Notes under the pieces: model-generated
The model's input: only the letters and a program-made list of their open reading frames with translations
The model's database searches: none
Told to the model about the DNA's origin: nothing
Made by a program: the position numbers and the translations under genes
DNA from: Chloroflexota bacterium
GTDB lineage: Bacteria > Chloroflexota > Limnocylindria > P2-11E
NCBI GenBank assembly: GCA_038040345.1
Contig: JBBPIQ010000002.1
Coordinates: 36,243-100,242, forward strand
Reading direction: 5' to 3'
DNA: 64,000 bases
In this document: positions 1 through 10,226 of the stretch, in pieces
How positions within the stretch are numbered: the stretch's first letter is position 1
Layout of the letters: the number at the start of each line of letters is the position of its first letter

Positions 1-697
1 TCTTCGCGAGCACGGTGAGCGCGTCGGGCACCGGCCCGCCGAATTCGCCTGAGTGCACCGCGTGATCGAGCGTGCGCACCTCGATGTCGCACGCGACGAT
101 CCCGCGCAATGAGATCGTGAGACCGGGCTGTCCGGGGCGCCAGTTTCCGGAGTCCGCGAGGATCACGGCATCGGCGCGCAGCTCGCTGCCGTACTCGTCG
201 AGGAACTTCGCGAGGTTGGGCGAGCCCCACTCCTCCTCGCCTTCGACGAACACGGTCACGCCGATCGGAGGCCGCGAGTCGTGCGCGCGGAGCGCGCCCG
301 CGTGCATGACGATCCCGCACTTGTCGTCGGACGTGCCGCGACCGTAGAGCCGTCCGTTCTTTTCGATTGGTTCGAATGGATCGGAATGCCAGAGGTCGCG
401 CCCGCCGGTCGGCTGAACGTCGTGGTGCGCATAGAGGAGAACGGTGGGAGCGCCGGCCGGGGCGGCGACGTGCCCGATCACTGCGGGCACGCCCTCGATC
501 TCGACGATCTTCGTCTCGCAGCCCGCCTCGCGAAGGATCTTCGCGGTCGCCTCGGCGGATCTGCGTAGCTGTGACGGATCGTGACCGGGGTGGCTGATCG
601 AGGGGATGCGGACGAGCGTCTCGAGCTCCGCGCGGATGCGGGGCATGTCCTCGCTGACGCGATCGCCCAGCGTCGCCGAAGAGGCATGGGTCTTCAT
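1..697 (-). CDS. M20/M25/M40 family metallo-dipeptidase (3' end runs off the window)
   Basis: Manual translation from ATG 697 gives MKTHASSATLGDRVSEDMPRIRAELETLVRIPSIS..., YAHHDVQP, GRLYGRGTSDDK and VEGEEE, which are M20 motifs. Absent from the ORF track because no stop lies in the window. Confidence 0.85.
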   Translation of the reverse strand, partial: MKTHASSATLGDRVSEDMPRIRAELETLVRIPSISHPGHDPSQLRRSAEATAKILREAGCETKIVEIEGVPAVIGHVAAPAGAPTVLLYAHHDVQPTGGRDLWHSDPFEPIEKNGRLYGRGTSDDKCGIVMHAGALRAHDSRPPIGVTVFVEGEEEWGSPNLAKFLDEYGSELRADAVILADSGNWRPGQPGLTISLRGIVACDIEVRTLDHAVHSGEFGGPVPDALTVLAK

Positions 698-820
698 GGA
701 GAAAATGAGCCTACTCCGACCGGCATCCGGTCGCGTAACGCGCAACGGCAGAGGATCGATTCCGTTGCGACTGGACTTGGTACCCGCGCGACATTGACCG
801 AAACGCGCCGCCCAAATTGA

Positions 821-1072
821 ATGCAGCCCATGAAGAACCCCACTTGGCCCAAAACCTTAGCGTTCATTGGCTTCACGATCTTCGGGCTCGCACTCGCGTA
901 CTACTCGACAGCGATCGCGACCGCCGGTGTGGCGGCGGGACGGCTTGGGACAGACCGCTCGGGCGACTGGCTCGCGACCGGCAGCGCCATATTGCTCGTC
1001 GGCATCGCGGCCGCCGCAGCGTTCGGCTTCCTCGCGCTCACCAACGCTCGCGCGCTCATGCGTCGCGGCTAG
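821..1072 (+). CDS. Small two-TM membrane protein
   Basis: 83 aa ORF with two hydrophobic helices; fills the gap between neighbours. Confidence 0.55.
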   Translation: MQPMKNPTWPKTLAFIGFTIFGLALAYYSTAIATAGVAAGRLGTDRSGDWLATGSAILLVGIAAAAAFGFLALTNARALMRRG

Positions 1073-2306
1073 GCACCTCTTTGGGTTCGGGTGCCGGAGT
1101 TCGATAGGAGACGACCTCCGGCGCCCAGAGCGCGACACCGACGACGCTGAGGAGGGTCACGAGCCCTCCCGATACCACCGAGAACATCGGGGACATCAGA
1201 TCCGCCACGACTCCTGATTCAACCTGACCGAGATACGGCCCGCCCAGGAAGAACATCGAGCTGATCGCGACGAGGCGCCCACGCAAATGGTCGGGCACGA
1301 CCGTCAGCAGGATGGTGCTGCGGAAGATCGCGCTGATCGTGTCGGCGCCTTGCGCGATGGCGATGAAGACGAGCGCGGGGATGAAGAGGCCATCGTTCAT
1401 GAGGCCGAAGGCCGCGATCGCGAAGCCCCACGCGGCGACCGCGAGGAGAACCGCGAATCCCTGACGCCGCACGCGTTTGGTCCATCCCGAGGTAAGCGCC
1501 GCGATGAGCGATCCGACGCCCGGAGCTGCGAACAGAAGTCCGAGGCCTTGCGGTCCGACTGCGAAGATGCGGTCGGCATAGAAGGGGAACAGCGCTCGCG
1601 GGGAGCCGAAGAACGTGGCGAGGAAGTCCAGCAGCATCGTCCCGAAGAGGATCCGATTCGCTCGGAAATGCGCGAGTCCCTCGACGAGCGCGCGGCCGAC
1701 CGGCAGGTGGACGCGGACCTCACGCGGCGGCGCGACGAGCGCGGTCACGGCGACGATCGCCACCACGAACGACGCGACGTCGATCCAGTACGCGCCGGCG
1801 ACACCAAAGGTGAGGATCACGACGCCGGCGAGAGCGGGGCCGGCGATGGCGGCGGTTTGGAAGAGGACCTGGTTCAGGGCCATCGCGGCCGGGAGCTGAT
1901 GGCGCTCGACGAGGCTTGGCGTGAGCGCGCCGCGCGCAGGGCCATCGAGAGCCGAGAAGGCCGCGCCGATCGCGGTGAACGCGTACAGGTAGGGCACGTT
2001 CGCGAATCCGAGCTGTGTTCCGATCGCGAGCCCGGCCGAGCACGCCGCGAGGCCCATCTGAGTGACGATGAGCAGCCGGCGCCGGTCGACACGATCGGCG
2101 ATGACTCCCCCAAAGAGCGCGAGTGAGATCAAGGGGATCGCCTGGAAGAGTCCGATCAGCCCGACGTCCAATGACGAGCCGGTGATCAGATAGATCTGGT
2201 AGGGGATGGCCACGAGACGCAGCTGCGTCCCGGTGAGGGACACGAGCTGGCCGAACCACAGCAGTCGGAACGAGCGCGATTCGCGGAGCGGTGAGGTGTC
2301 GATCAA
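1056..2306 (-). CDS. MFS transporter (EntS/DHA3-like)
   Basis: About 12 TM helices and MFS motif A GVIADRVDRRRLL. Confidence 0.9.
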   Translation of the reverse strand: MIDTSPLRESRSFRLLWFGQLVSLTGTQLRLVAIPYQIYLITGSSLDVGLIGLFQAIPLISLALFGGVIADRVDRRRLLIVTQMGLAACSAGLAIGTQLGFANVPYLYAFTAIGAAFSALDGPARGALTPSLVERHQLPAAMALNQVLFQTAAIAGPALAGVVILTFGVAGAYWIDVASFVVAIVAVTALVAPPREVRVHLPVGRALVEGLAHFRANRILFGTMLLDFLATFFGSPRALFPFYADRIFAVGPQGLGLLFAAPGVGSLIAALTSGWTKRVRRQGFAVLLAVAAWGFAIAAFGLMNDGLFIPALVFIAIAQGADTISAIFRSTILLTVVPDHLRGRLVAISSMFFLGGPYLGQVESGVVADLMSPMFSVVSGGLVTLLSVVGVALWAPEVVSYRTPAPEPKEVPSRDA

Positions 2307-2312
2307 GCGGAG

Positions 2313-2906
2313 CTAGATGAAGCGGTCGTTCTGCTCGTCCCACCGGTGGAGGAGCTTCATCTGTGGCTTGCCGTCGCGAACGCCATCGATCGCGTGAACC
2401 GATTGGACGACGCGGCGCGTGGGTTCCTCCCAGCGTCCGATCGAACGGAGGTGAACGGCGAAGGCGATCTTCGACGCCTCGGCGTCGGGCACTCCGCAGC
2501 CCTGGCAGATCTGCGCGAAAGCGTCGTCCGGTCCGTCTGCGTGAAGTGTCGCGGCGAGCGAGACGTCCTCCTTCGCCGCTTTGAAGATCCGGCGCGCCTC
2601 CGCGCCCCAGATGTAGCCGGGCATCGCCGCGCCTTTCGCGATCTCAGGAATGACGAGATAGCCACCGGTGCTCTTCTTGACCAGCTCGTCGATGTCGACG
2701 CCATCCTCGGCGAGCGTCACGACCGGCGCTCCGGCCGGGCGCTCCGCGAGCATGGCGCGCAGCACCGTGGTCTTGCCCGCTAAGCGGGGTACGGCGAAGG
2801 TGATGAACGACCGCCTGCCGCGCGCGATCTCGCGCAGCGTCTTTGCGATCTCGGGCGACATCGTTCGATTCGCGACCAGGTCGTCGAGGCGGACTTCGCT
2901 GCTGAT
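2313..2906 (-). CDS. Small P-loop ATPase resembling the VirB11/CpaF (secretion ATPase) C-terminal domain; start uncertain
   Basis: LDDLVANRTMS, Walker A variant PRLAGKTT, LVIPEI and ATLHA (His-box like). The track start (3017) overlaps the divergent gene. Confidence 0.6.
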   Translation of the reverse strand: MSSEVRLDDLVANRTMSPEIAKTLREIARGRRSFITFAVPRLAGKTTVLRAMLAERPAGAPVVTLAEDGVDIDELVKKSTGGYLVIPEIAKGAAMPGYIWGAEARRIFKAAKEDVSLAATLHADGPDDAFAQICQGCGVPDAEASKIAFAVHLRSIGRWEEPTRRVVQSVHAIDGVRDGKPQMKLLHRWDEQNDRFI

Positions 2907-2979
2907 GGCCCGGATGCTAGATGGACGCGGTGGCGCCCATCGCAAGGTCGAATGACCCGCACCCGCTAGCCTTCGGGCT

Positions 2980-4242
2980 ATGCGGCCGGTCGAACTCGTA
3001 ATGGTCGGGGCGGGCAATCGTGGCCATCTCGCCTACGGCGCGTTTGCCGAGCGCAACCCGGAGGTAGCGAAATTCGTCGCCGTGGTCGAACCGGATGACG
3101 CGCGTCGCGCGCGGTTCGCGAACGCGCACCGCATACCCGCCGAACGTCAGTTCCGGTCCTGGGAAGACATCGCGGGGCGTTCGCCGCTCGCGCCGGCGCT
3201 AATCAATGCGACCCTCGAGCGCCACCACCGAGCGAGCACGCTCGCTCTCCTCGCGGCCGGCTACGAGATGCTGCTCGAGAAGCCGATCGCGCCCACCGCC
3301 GGCGAGTGCCTCGAGATCGCGAGCGCCGCCGAGTCGCGCGGGCGGCTGCTTCAGATCGCGCACGTGCTGCGCTACGCGCCGTTCTTCGTCGCGCTTCGCG
3401 AGATCATCACGTCAGGCCGTCTCGGCGCGATCGTCTCCGTCGACTGGCGAGAGAACCTCGTCTACTGGCACTTCGCGCACAGCTACGTCCGCGGAAACTG
3501 GGGAAACACGACCCGGGCCGGCCCGATGATCCTGACGAAGTGTTGCCACGACCTCGATCTCCTCGTGTGGATCTTCGGCCGATGCGAACGGCTGTCCTCG
3601 TCGGGCTCGCTCACGCATTTCACACACGACGCGGTCGGTCCTGAAATCCCTGACCGCTGCACCGACGGCTGTCCGATCGCCGAGGCGTGCCCGTATTTCG
3701 CGCCGCGCGTGTATCTCGATCGCCTGCGCGAGGACCCCGCGAGCTTCGCCGTCGCCGCGATCACGCTCGACCGAACTCCCGAAGGTGTGATGCGCGCGCT
3801 GGAGACCGGGCCGTATGGTCGGTGCGTGTACCGCTCGGACAACGACGCCGTCGACCATCAGGTCGTGCTCATGCGCTTCGCGGGCGGGCTATCCGTCAGC
3901 CTCACGATGCAAGGGGCGTCGCACGTCGAAGGGCGCACCATCCGCATCGACGGGACTCGCGCGACCCTGCTGGCGAACGAGGCCCGCGGCGAAATTGAGA
4001 TCCACGATCACCGCACCGGCCAGGCGGAGCGCATCGCGAGGCCCCGTGGCGTCGGCGGTCACGGTGGGGGAGACGACGGGTTGATGCGCGCGTTCGTCGG
4101 TGCGATACGGGGCGATCGTGCCGGCGTACTCACCTCAGCCCGCGAGGCGCTGGCGAGCCATCTCATGGCGTTCGCGGCAGAGCAGTCGCGCGTGACGGGT
4201 GAGGCCATGGATCTCGACCACTACCGCCGGTCGCTCTCCTAG
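2980..4242 (+). CDS. Gfo/Idh/MocA family oxidoreductase
   Basis: GAGNRG Rossmann motif, LLEKP, KCCHDLD and GHGGGD. Confidence 0.9.
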   Translation: MRPVELVMVGAGNRGHLAYGAFAERNPEVAKFVAVVEPDDARRARFANAHRIPAERQFRSWEDIAGRSPLAPALINATLERHHRASTLALLAAGYEMLLEKPIAPTAGECLEIASAAESRGRLLQIAHVLRYAPFFVALREIITSGRLGAIVSVDWRENLVYWHFAHSYVRGNWGNTTRAGPMILTKCCHDLDLLVWIFGRCERLSSSGSLTHFTHDAVGPEIPDRCTDGCPIAEACPYFAPRVYLDRLREDPASFAVAAITLDRTPEGVMRALETGPYGRCVYRSDNDAVDHQVVLMRFAGGLSVSLTMQGASHVEGRTIRIDGTRATLLANEARGEIEIHDHRTGQAERIARPRGVGGHGGGDDGLMRAFVGAIRGDRAGVLTSAREALASHLMAFAAEQSRVTGEAMDLDHYRRSLS

Positions 4243-5090
4243 AAGGCGGCGGCTGCGATCCGCTGACCCTCCGCGCTTTTCACGAAGTCGAAGAACGCGC
4301 GGACCGCCGGCTTCAACTCCGCCGCGTTCGAGTAAATGACCGCGAGCGGGCGGACGATCTTGTATTCGCCGCTCGCGATGGTCTCCTGGCTCGCGGTGAT
4401 GCCATCGATGCTGAGCATCCTGACGCGCTTGTCGCTCGCAGTTCGCGAACCGGTGCTCGCGATCCCGATCGCGCCGTGGAACGAGCTGACCGCGGTGAAC
4501 ATCGCCTCGATCTCGGTTTGCTGGAGGACGTTCTTTCCGTAGGCCGGCACCGCTCCACCAAAGACGAAGGCCTCGAAGGTCTGGCGTGTCGCCGCGTTCG
4601 GTTCGCGAATGTAGGCCCGGACCGTCGGCTCGGTGCCGCCAAGCTCCACCCAGCTCGTGACCTCTCCGGTGTAGATCTTCAGAAGCTGGTCGCGGGTCAG
4701 GTTCTTCACAGGATTGGCCGAGTTGACGATCACCGCGGTTCCGCTGAAGCCGATCGGAATGCCCGTCACCTTCTGCATTTCGGCGTCGGTCAACGCGCGG
4801 CTCACGAACCCGACGTCGATGGTGTTCGACAGCACGAGCTTGATCGCGGAGTTCGACCCGCTTTCCGAGACGATCCAGTCGACCGCAGGGTGAAGCTCTT
4901 GGAATCGCGCCGTGAGCGCCTGAACGGCAGGCAGCGCGCCTCCTCCGCCGCTCGCGGTGTACGTTCCCGAGAGTGGCTCGAGTGTCGGCGCCGCGGGGAC
5001 CGCGGCTCCGCAAGAGACCAATAGAAGGACAAGGGACAGCGCAGCGACACTCGTCGCCACGTGGCGTGGCATTCCGTGCCGGATGAACAT
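4239..5090 (-). CDS. PstS-like phosphate-binding lipoprotein
   Basis: Lipobox LVSC, SGS...VGFVSR, REPNAATR and YKIVRPL (PBP2 PstS-like). Confidence 0.75.
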   Translation of the reverse strand: MFIRHGMPRHVATSVAALSLVLLLVSCGAAVPAAPTLEPLSGTYTASGGGGALPAVQALTARFQELHPAVDWIVSESGSNSAIKLVLSNTIDVGFVSRALTDAEMQKVTGIPIGFSGTAVIVNSANPVKNLTRDQLLKIYTGEVTSWVELGGTEPTVRAYIREPNAATRQTFEAFVFGGAVPAYGKNVLQQTEIEAMFTAVSSFHGAIGIASTGSRTASDKRVRMLSIDGITASQETIASGEYKIVRPLAVIYSNAAELKPAVRAFFDFVKSAEGQRIAAAAF

Positions 5091-5179
5091 CCTGCTCCAG
5101 CGTCAGAATCGACCCCACGACGAACGGCCACAATCGGCAAACCGGCTAGGGATTAACTACACCATTTGACGGAGGGCGC

Positions 5180-6145
5180 GTGAAGATCGGGCCGATCGCG
5201 ATCCCAGCGGCGGGTGAGCGCGCCTCGGGCTTGTTCACGTTCGCCGGCGACGAGGGGCTCGCCAAGTACCAATGGCCGTACATCGCCATCGCCGGGCTCA
5301 TGGCCGGCCCGACCGTGTTGATCACCGCGGGGATCCACGCAGCCGAATACACCGGGATCGAGGCGGCCATTCGCCTCGGACGGACGATCTCGCCCGACGC
5401 CGTCCGCGGAACGATCCTCATCATTCCGCTCCTCAACCGGCCCGGGTTCTACGAGCGCAGCATCTACGTGAACCCGGAGGACAACGACAATCTGAACCGG
5501 CTCTTCCCTGGCAAAGCGGACGGAACGTGGGGCGAGCGGTTCGCGCATCGCCTCCTCACCGAGGTCATCACCAAATGCGACAACGCGATCGACCTCCACG
5601 CCGGGGACCTCATCGAGGATCTCGTGCCGTTCGTGATCTACCGCGAGACGGGGGACGCGTCGCTCGACGGGCGCATCGAGGCGATGGCGAACGCGTACGG
5701 CGCGCGCTGGGCTGTGAAGAGCGCGCCGACCGGTGAGCGTCCCGGCACGCTGATGGCCGTGGCGGCCCAGAACGGGATCGCGGCGATGCTCGCCGAGTCT
5801 GGCGGCCGCGGCCAGCTCATCGAAGAGGACGTCGCGCGGCATGTCACCGGCGTCACGAACATCCTGCGCACGATCGGGGCGATCAGTGGCAAGCCGGAGC
5901 GCGTCGCGCCGCCGACGGTCGTCAGGAGCTTCGAATGGCTGCGCTCGCCGGTCGAAGGGATCTTCCACTGTCACGTGAAGGTCGATCAAATGGTGAAGGC
6001 GCGCGAGCTCGTCGGCGAAATGACCGACCTCGTCGGCGACCCCATCGCGGCGCTGACCGCGCCGGTGAGTGGAGTGATCCTCTTCACGGTCACGAGTCCC
6101 GCTATCAAGAAGGGCGGGCTGCTCCTCGCGATCGGCGCGCTCTAG
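5180..6145 (+). CDS. Succinylglutamate desuccinylase/aspartoacylase (M14) family protein
   Basis: GIHAAE, NLNRLFPG, IDLHAG and a C-terminal biotinyl-like domain. Confidence 0.9.
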   Translation: MKIGPIAIPAAGERASGLFTFAGDEGLAKYQWPYIAIAGLMAGPTVLITAGIHAAEYTGIEAAIRLGRTISPDAVRGTILIIPLLNRPGFYERSIYVNPEDNDNLNRLFPGKADGTWGERFAHRLLTEVITKCDNAIDLHAGDLIEDLVPFVIYRETGDASLDGRIEAMANAYGARWAVKSAPTGERPGTLMAVAAQNGIAAMLAESGGRGQLIEEDVARHVTGVTNILRTIGAISGKPERVAPPTVVRSFEWLRSPVEGIFHCHVKVDQMVKARELVGEMTDLVGDPIAALTAPVSGVILFTVTSPAIKKGGLLLAIGAL

Positions 6146-6149
6146 CGGC

Positions 6150-7913
6150 TTGGAGTCTCGGCGGCGCGTCGCGGCGCTCGGGATCGCGTCCATCGTGGCG
6201 CTGACCTCATGTGTGTTGCCGCAGGGCGACACGCGTACTCCCACGCCGAGGGTCTCCACGGGCGCGCCGGTGGCGCAGCGCGGGGCCGGAGGCGACCTCA
6301 AGATCCTGTACTGGCAGGCGCCCTCCACCCTCAACCCACATCTCGCCACAGGCCCGAAGGACAGCGACGCCGCTCGGCTGGTCCTCGAGCCACTCGCGTC
6401 GCTCGGCAAGGACGGCCAGCCGATCGCGAACGGCCTCGCGGCGGAGATCCCGAACGTCGCCAACGGCGGCATCGCAAAGGACTTCACGAGCGTGACGTGG
6501 AAGCTTCGGGCGGGCGTGAAGTGGTCGGACGGATCGTCCTTCTCCGCCGACGACGTGGCCTTCACCTACCAGTACCAGTGCGATCCACTGACGGCCGCGT
6601 CGACGTTCGATCGATGCGACGGGGTTCAGAGTGTCGTAGCGCGCGACTCGAACACCGTGGTCGTCACATACCGCTCGCCTCATCCATTCGTGTTCCAGTG
6701 GGGAGTCGGCTCGGAAGGTGCCATCCTCCAGAAGGACCAGTACGCGAGCTGCGTCGGCGCGAAGGCCGCGAGCTGCGAAGCCGACAGGAAGCCGATCGGC
6801 ACCGGTCCATACAAGGTGCGTGATTTCAAAGGAAGCGATGTGGTCACGTACGACGTGAACGAGAACTTCCGCGATCCGAACAAGCCATTCTTCAGGTCGG
6901 TGACGTTCAAAGGAGGTGGCGAGCCCGAGGCCGCGGCGCGCGCTCTCTTTCAGACCGGGGACATCGACTACGCGTGGAACCTACAGGTGGACGCGAACAC
7001 GCTCCGGACGATGGCGACGAGCTCGCAGGCTGGCAGCCTCGTGACCGTCCTCGGTTCGAGCGTCGAGCGCGTCGAGCTCAACTTCTCGAACCCCGCCGCG
7101 TCGCTCGGCGACAAGCGCAGCGAGCCGGGCACCACGCACCCGTTCTTCTCCGACAAGGCTGTTCGCCGTGCGCTCGCGATGGCCACGGACCGTGACGCGA
7201 TCGCGCAACGGCTCTACGGCGACGGGGTATTCGGCAAGGCGACGTGCAACGTCATCGCCGCGCCCGAGGCGATGAGCTCGCCGAACACGAAAGGGTTCGA
7301 TGTCTGCAAGTTCGATCTGGCCGCCGCCAACGCTGAGCTCGATCGCGCCGGCTGGGTCAAGGGCGCTGATGGAGTGCGGGCGAAGGGCGGGGTGAAGCTG
7401 GCGATCCTCTTCCAGACGAACGTCAATGCGCGCCGGGAAAACACGCAGCTCGTCCTCCAGAAGGACTGGGAGAGCGTCGGATTTCAGGTCGAGCTTCGTT
7501 CCGAACCGTTCAGCACGTTCTTCCTGAGCGGCTCGCCCGGCGGCGCGAATCGCTTCTGGGCCGACGTGCAGATGTACGCCGACGGCGGCGACCCGGATCC
7601 GACCGCGTATCTCGCCGGAAGCTGGACCACGGGCCAAATGGCGTCCAAAGCCAACAACTGGCTGCTCGGAAACCGCGGGCGCTACTCGAGCAAGGAGTTC
7701 GACGCGCTGGTAACGCCGCTCGGCACCGAGACGGACCCGGCCAAGCGCGCGCAGCTCTTGAGACAGGCGAACGATCTGTTGGTCCAGGACGTGGCCGTGA
7801 TCCCGCTCGTCCAGCGAGCCGCCGTGACGAGTGGGGTCGCAAAATCTCTCAAAGGCGTCGACCCGTCACCGTGGGACTCGGAGATGTACAACATCGCCGA
7901 CTGGACGAAGTAA
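6150..7913 (+). CDS. Peptide ABC transporter substrate-binding lipoprotein (family 5)
   Basis: Lipobox LTSC, LRAGVKWSDG, IGTGPY and VRRALAMA. Confidence 0.9.
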   Translation: MESRRRVAALGIASIVALTSCVLPQGDTRTPTPRVSTGAPVAQRGAGGDLKILYWQAPSTLNPHLATGPKDSDAARLVLEPLASLGKDGQPIANGLAAEIPNVANGGIAKDFTSVTWKLRAGVKWSDGSSFSADDVAFTYQYQCDPLTAASTFDRCDGVQSVVARDSNTVVVTYRSPHPFVFQWGVGSEGAILQKDQYASCVGAKAASCEADRKPIGTGPYKVRDFKGSDVVTYDVNENFRDPNKPFFRSVTFKGGGEPEAAARALFQTGDIDYAWNLQVDANTLRTMATSSQAGSLVTVLGSSVERVELNFSNPAASLGDKRSEPGTTHPFFSDKAVRRALAMATDRDAIAQRLYGDGVFGKATCNVIAAPEAMSSPNTKGFDVCKFDLAAANAELDRAGWVKGADGVRAKGGVKLAILFQTNVNARRENTQLVLQKDWESVGFQVELRSEPFSTFFLSGSPGGANRFWADVQMYADGGDPDPTAYLAGSWTTGQMASKANNWLLGNRGRYSSKEFDALVTPLGTETDPAKRAQLLRQANDLLVQDVAVIPLVQRAAVTSGVAKSLKGVDPSPWDSEMYNIADWTK

Positions 7914-7956
7914 CTCCTATAGTCCCGCTGTTGATTTGACAGGGTGGAGGTTACAG

Positions 7957-9309
7957 ATGACACGTGATGGTCTGATCAATCGTCGGCGCTTCCTGCAGTC
8001 CATGGCCGCTGTCGGCGTGGTCGTCGCGTGCGGACCCACTGCGACGGCCAGCCCGAGCCCGAGTGCGAGTGCGAGCGGAAGCCCTGCGCCAAAGCCTGTC
8101 AGCATCGAGTGGTGGCGGCGTAATTACGCCCAGGGCACGCAGTCCGCCGAAACGATCACCTCCGATGCGGCGGTGAAGGCCTACAAGGAGCGCGCTTCGA
8201 ATGTGAGCATCGCGATCCAGGGCGGCCCGTTTGGCGCCGAGACGGACCAGAAGTTCGACATCGCGATCCTCCAGCAGCACGCCGGTCCTGACGTGTTCCA
8301 CACGACGGGCGGCGACGTGCTGAAGTACGCGGCGGCTGGTCAGCTCTCGCAGCCGACGCTCACCGACGCCGAGCGCAATGACTTCAACCCGAGTGCGCTC
8401 AAGGCCACGACGTACAAGGGCACCGTCGTGGCCTATCCACTGTGGATCGTGCCGTGGTTCGAGTACATCAACCTCGATCTCTTCAAAGAGGCTGGGGTCA
8501 CGCCCCCGGCGAATGGCAACTGGACGTACGACGAGTTCCTCGCGGCGGCGAAGAAGCTGACCTTCAGGCGCGCCGACGGCAAGCAGATCTTCGGCTTCGC
8601 GCACGCGAACGACGAGTTCGCCTTCATGCTCATTGACGGTGGCCGGCCGTACGACAGTGCCATCAAGACCTGGACGTTCAACAGCGCCGACGCGGTGAGC
8701 GGCCTCGAGAAGTGGGTCGCGCTCGCGCAACAGAAAGTCATGCCGCCCGACTTCTTGACGTTGAACCCCAACGACTCGCAGGCGCGCTTCCTCGCCGGTG
8801 AGGTAGCGATCCTGCAGCGACCGAGCGCAATGATCAATGTCCTCAATGCCGATGCGAAATGGAAATTCGGAACGAACTGGGACATCGCCAACTTCCCCAA
8901 GGCGAAGGGCGACCAGACAGCATGGGGCGGCGTCGGCTTCATCGCTGTGCGCGAGCAGTCAGACGCCGACAAGAAGGCCGCGGCGCACGCGTTCGCGAAA
9001 TACCTCACCGGGCCGGACATCGGACCGGACCTCAAGAAGCAGACGCCCCCGGTCGAGTACTGGCTCGCCCCCGCGGGCCGAAAGTCCGCGGCAGGCATCT
9101 ACGGCGACTATCACCCGGCTAAGGCGAAGGTCGCCACGATGGGCGCCTTCACGTATGTGCTGCCGAACGTAAGCACGTGGTCCGAGATCGACCAGAAGTA
9201 CCTGCGGCCGGCGCGTGACGCAGCGCTCGAGGGCAAGAAGACGCCCAAGCAGGCACTCGACGAGGTGGCGCCGCAGGCGCAGAAGCTACTGGACGAAGCC
9301 AACAAATAA
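7957..9309 (+). CDS. Sugar ABC transporter substrate-binding protein with Tat lipoprotein signal
   Basis: GGAGG SD before ATG 7957, NRRRFL twin-arginine signal, VAC lipobox and SBP family 1 features. Confidence 0.85.
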   Translation: MTRDGLINRRRFLQSMAAVGVVVACGPTATASPSPSASASGSPAPKPVSIEWWRRNYAQGTQSAETITSDAAVKAYKERASNVSIAIQGGPFGAETDQKFDIAILQQHAGPDVFHTTGGDVLKYAAAGQLSQPTLTDAERNDFNPSALKATTYKGTVVAYPLWIVPWFEYINLDLFKEAGVTPPANGNWTYDEFLAAAKKLTFRRADGKQIFGFAHANDEFAFMLIDGGRPYDSAIKTWTFNSADAVSGLEKWVALAQQKVMPPDFLTLNPNDSQARFLAGEVAILQRPSAMINVLNADAKWKFGTNWDIANFPKAKGDQTAWGGVGFIAVREQSDADKKAAAHAFAKYLTGPDIGPDLKKQTPPVEYWLAPAGRKSAAGIYGDYHPAKAKVATMGAFTYVLPNVSTWSEIDQKYLRPARDAALEGKKTPKQALDEVAPQAQKLLDEANK

Positions 9310-9311
9310 AC

Positions 9312-10226
9312 ATGATCGCGACCGCAGCACCGCGGCGGCGACGCAGCTTCCCCGCGGTGCTGCGACGTTACGGCTGGTCGTACATCTTTGTCCTACCGAC
9401 TTTCTCGCTGTTCGTCGTGTTCACGCTGCTGCCGGTTGTCCAGGGGCTGGTGTTGTCGCTGCAGAACGCGCGGGTGACCGGCGGCGAGTTCATCGGACTC
9501 GCGAACTTCGAGACGCTTGCGGCCGATCCGGTCTTCATACAAGCGGTCGGAAACACGATCCTGTACGCGACGGTCGTCGTCGCGGCGCAGATCACTCTCG
9601 CCCTCGTCGTCGCTAGCCTCATTCAGCCGCTCGGCCCGAGAGCGCATGTCTTCTACCGCGCGCTCTTCTACTTGCCACTGGTGAACTCGGCGATTCTCGT
9701 TGCGATGGTGTGGCGCTGGATCTTCAATGCCAATCCGTACGGACTCGCAAACGCGGCGCTGGGCACGGTCGGGCTAGGCCCCTACCTTTGGATCGGAAGC
9801 TCGGATCAGGCGCTCATCGCGGTGATCCTGAGCGCCGTGTTGACGATTCCGGGCGGCGGCGTGGTCCTCTACTCCGCGGCGATGGGGTCGCTGCCTCGGG
9901 AGCTCTACGAGGCGGCGGACCTCGACGGCGCGAGCTGGTTCTCGAAGTGGCGCCACATCACGGTGCCGCTCTTGCGGCCGACAACGCTTTACCTGCTCGT
10001 GATCTACACGATCCTCGCGTTCCAGCTATTCGAGCGCGTGTACATCATGACGAACGGCGGCGGGCCGAATAACGCGACGATCACGATCGTTCAGCTCATC
10101 TATTCCACGGCCTTCCAGTTCGGGCGCTACGGGCTCGCGAGTGCGATGGCGGTGGTCCTGTTCGGAATGGCGCTCGTTGTCGCCGTGGTGCAGTTCCGCT
10201 CGCTTCGGTCCGATGTCGAGTATTAA
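9312..10226 (+). CDS. Carbohydrate ABC transporter permease
   Basis: EAA motif LYEAADLDGAS and 6 TM helices. Confidence 0.92.
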   Translation: MIATAAPRRRRSFPAVLRRYGWSYIFVLPTFSLFVVFTLLPVVQGLVLSLQNARVTGGEFIGLANFETLAADPVFIQAVGNTILYATVVVAAQITLALVVASLIQPLGPRAHVFYRALFYLPLVNSAILVAMVWRWIFNANPYGLANAALGTVGLGPYLWIGSSDQALIAVILSAVLTIPGGGVVLYSAAMGSLPRELYEAADLDGASWFSKWRHITVPLLRPTTLYLLVIYTILAFQLFERVYIMTNGGGPNNATITIVQLIYSTAFQFGRYGLASAMAVVLFGMALVVAVVQFRSLRSDVEY

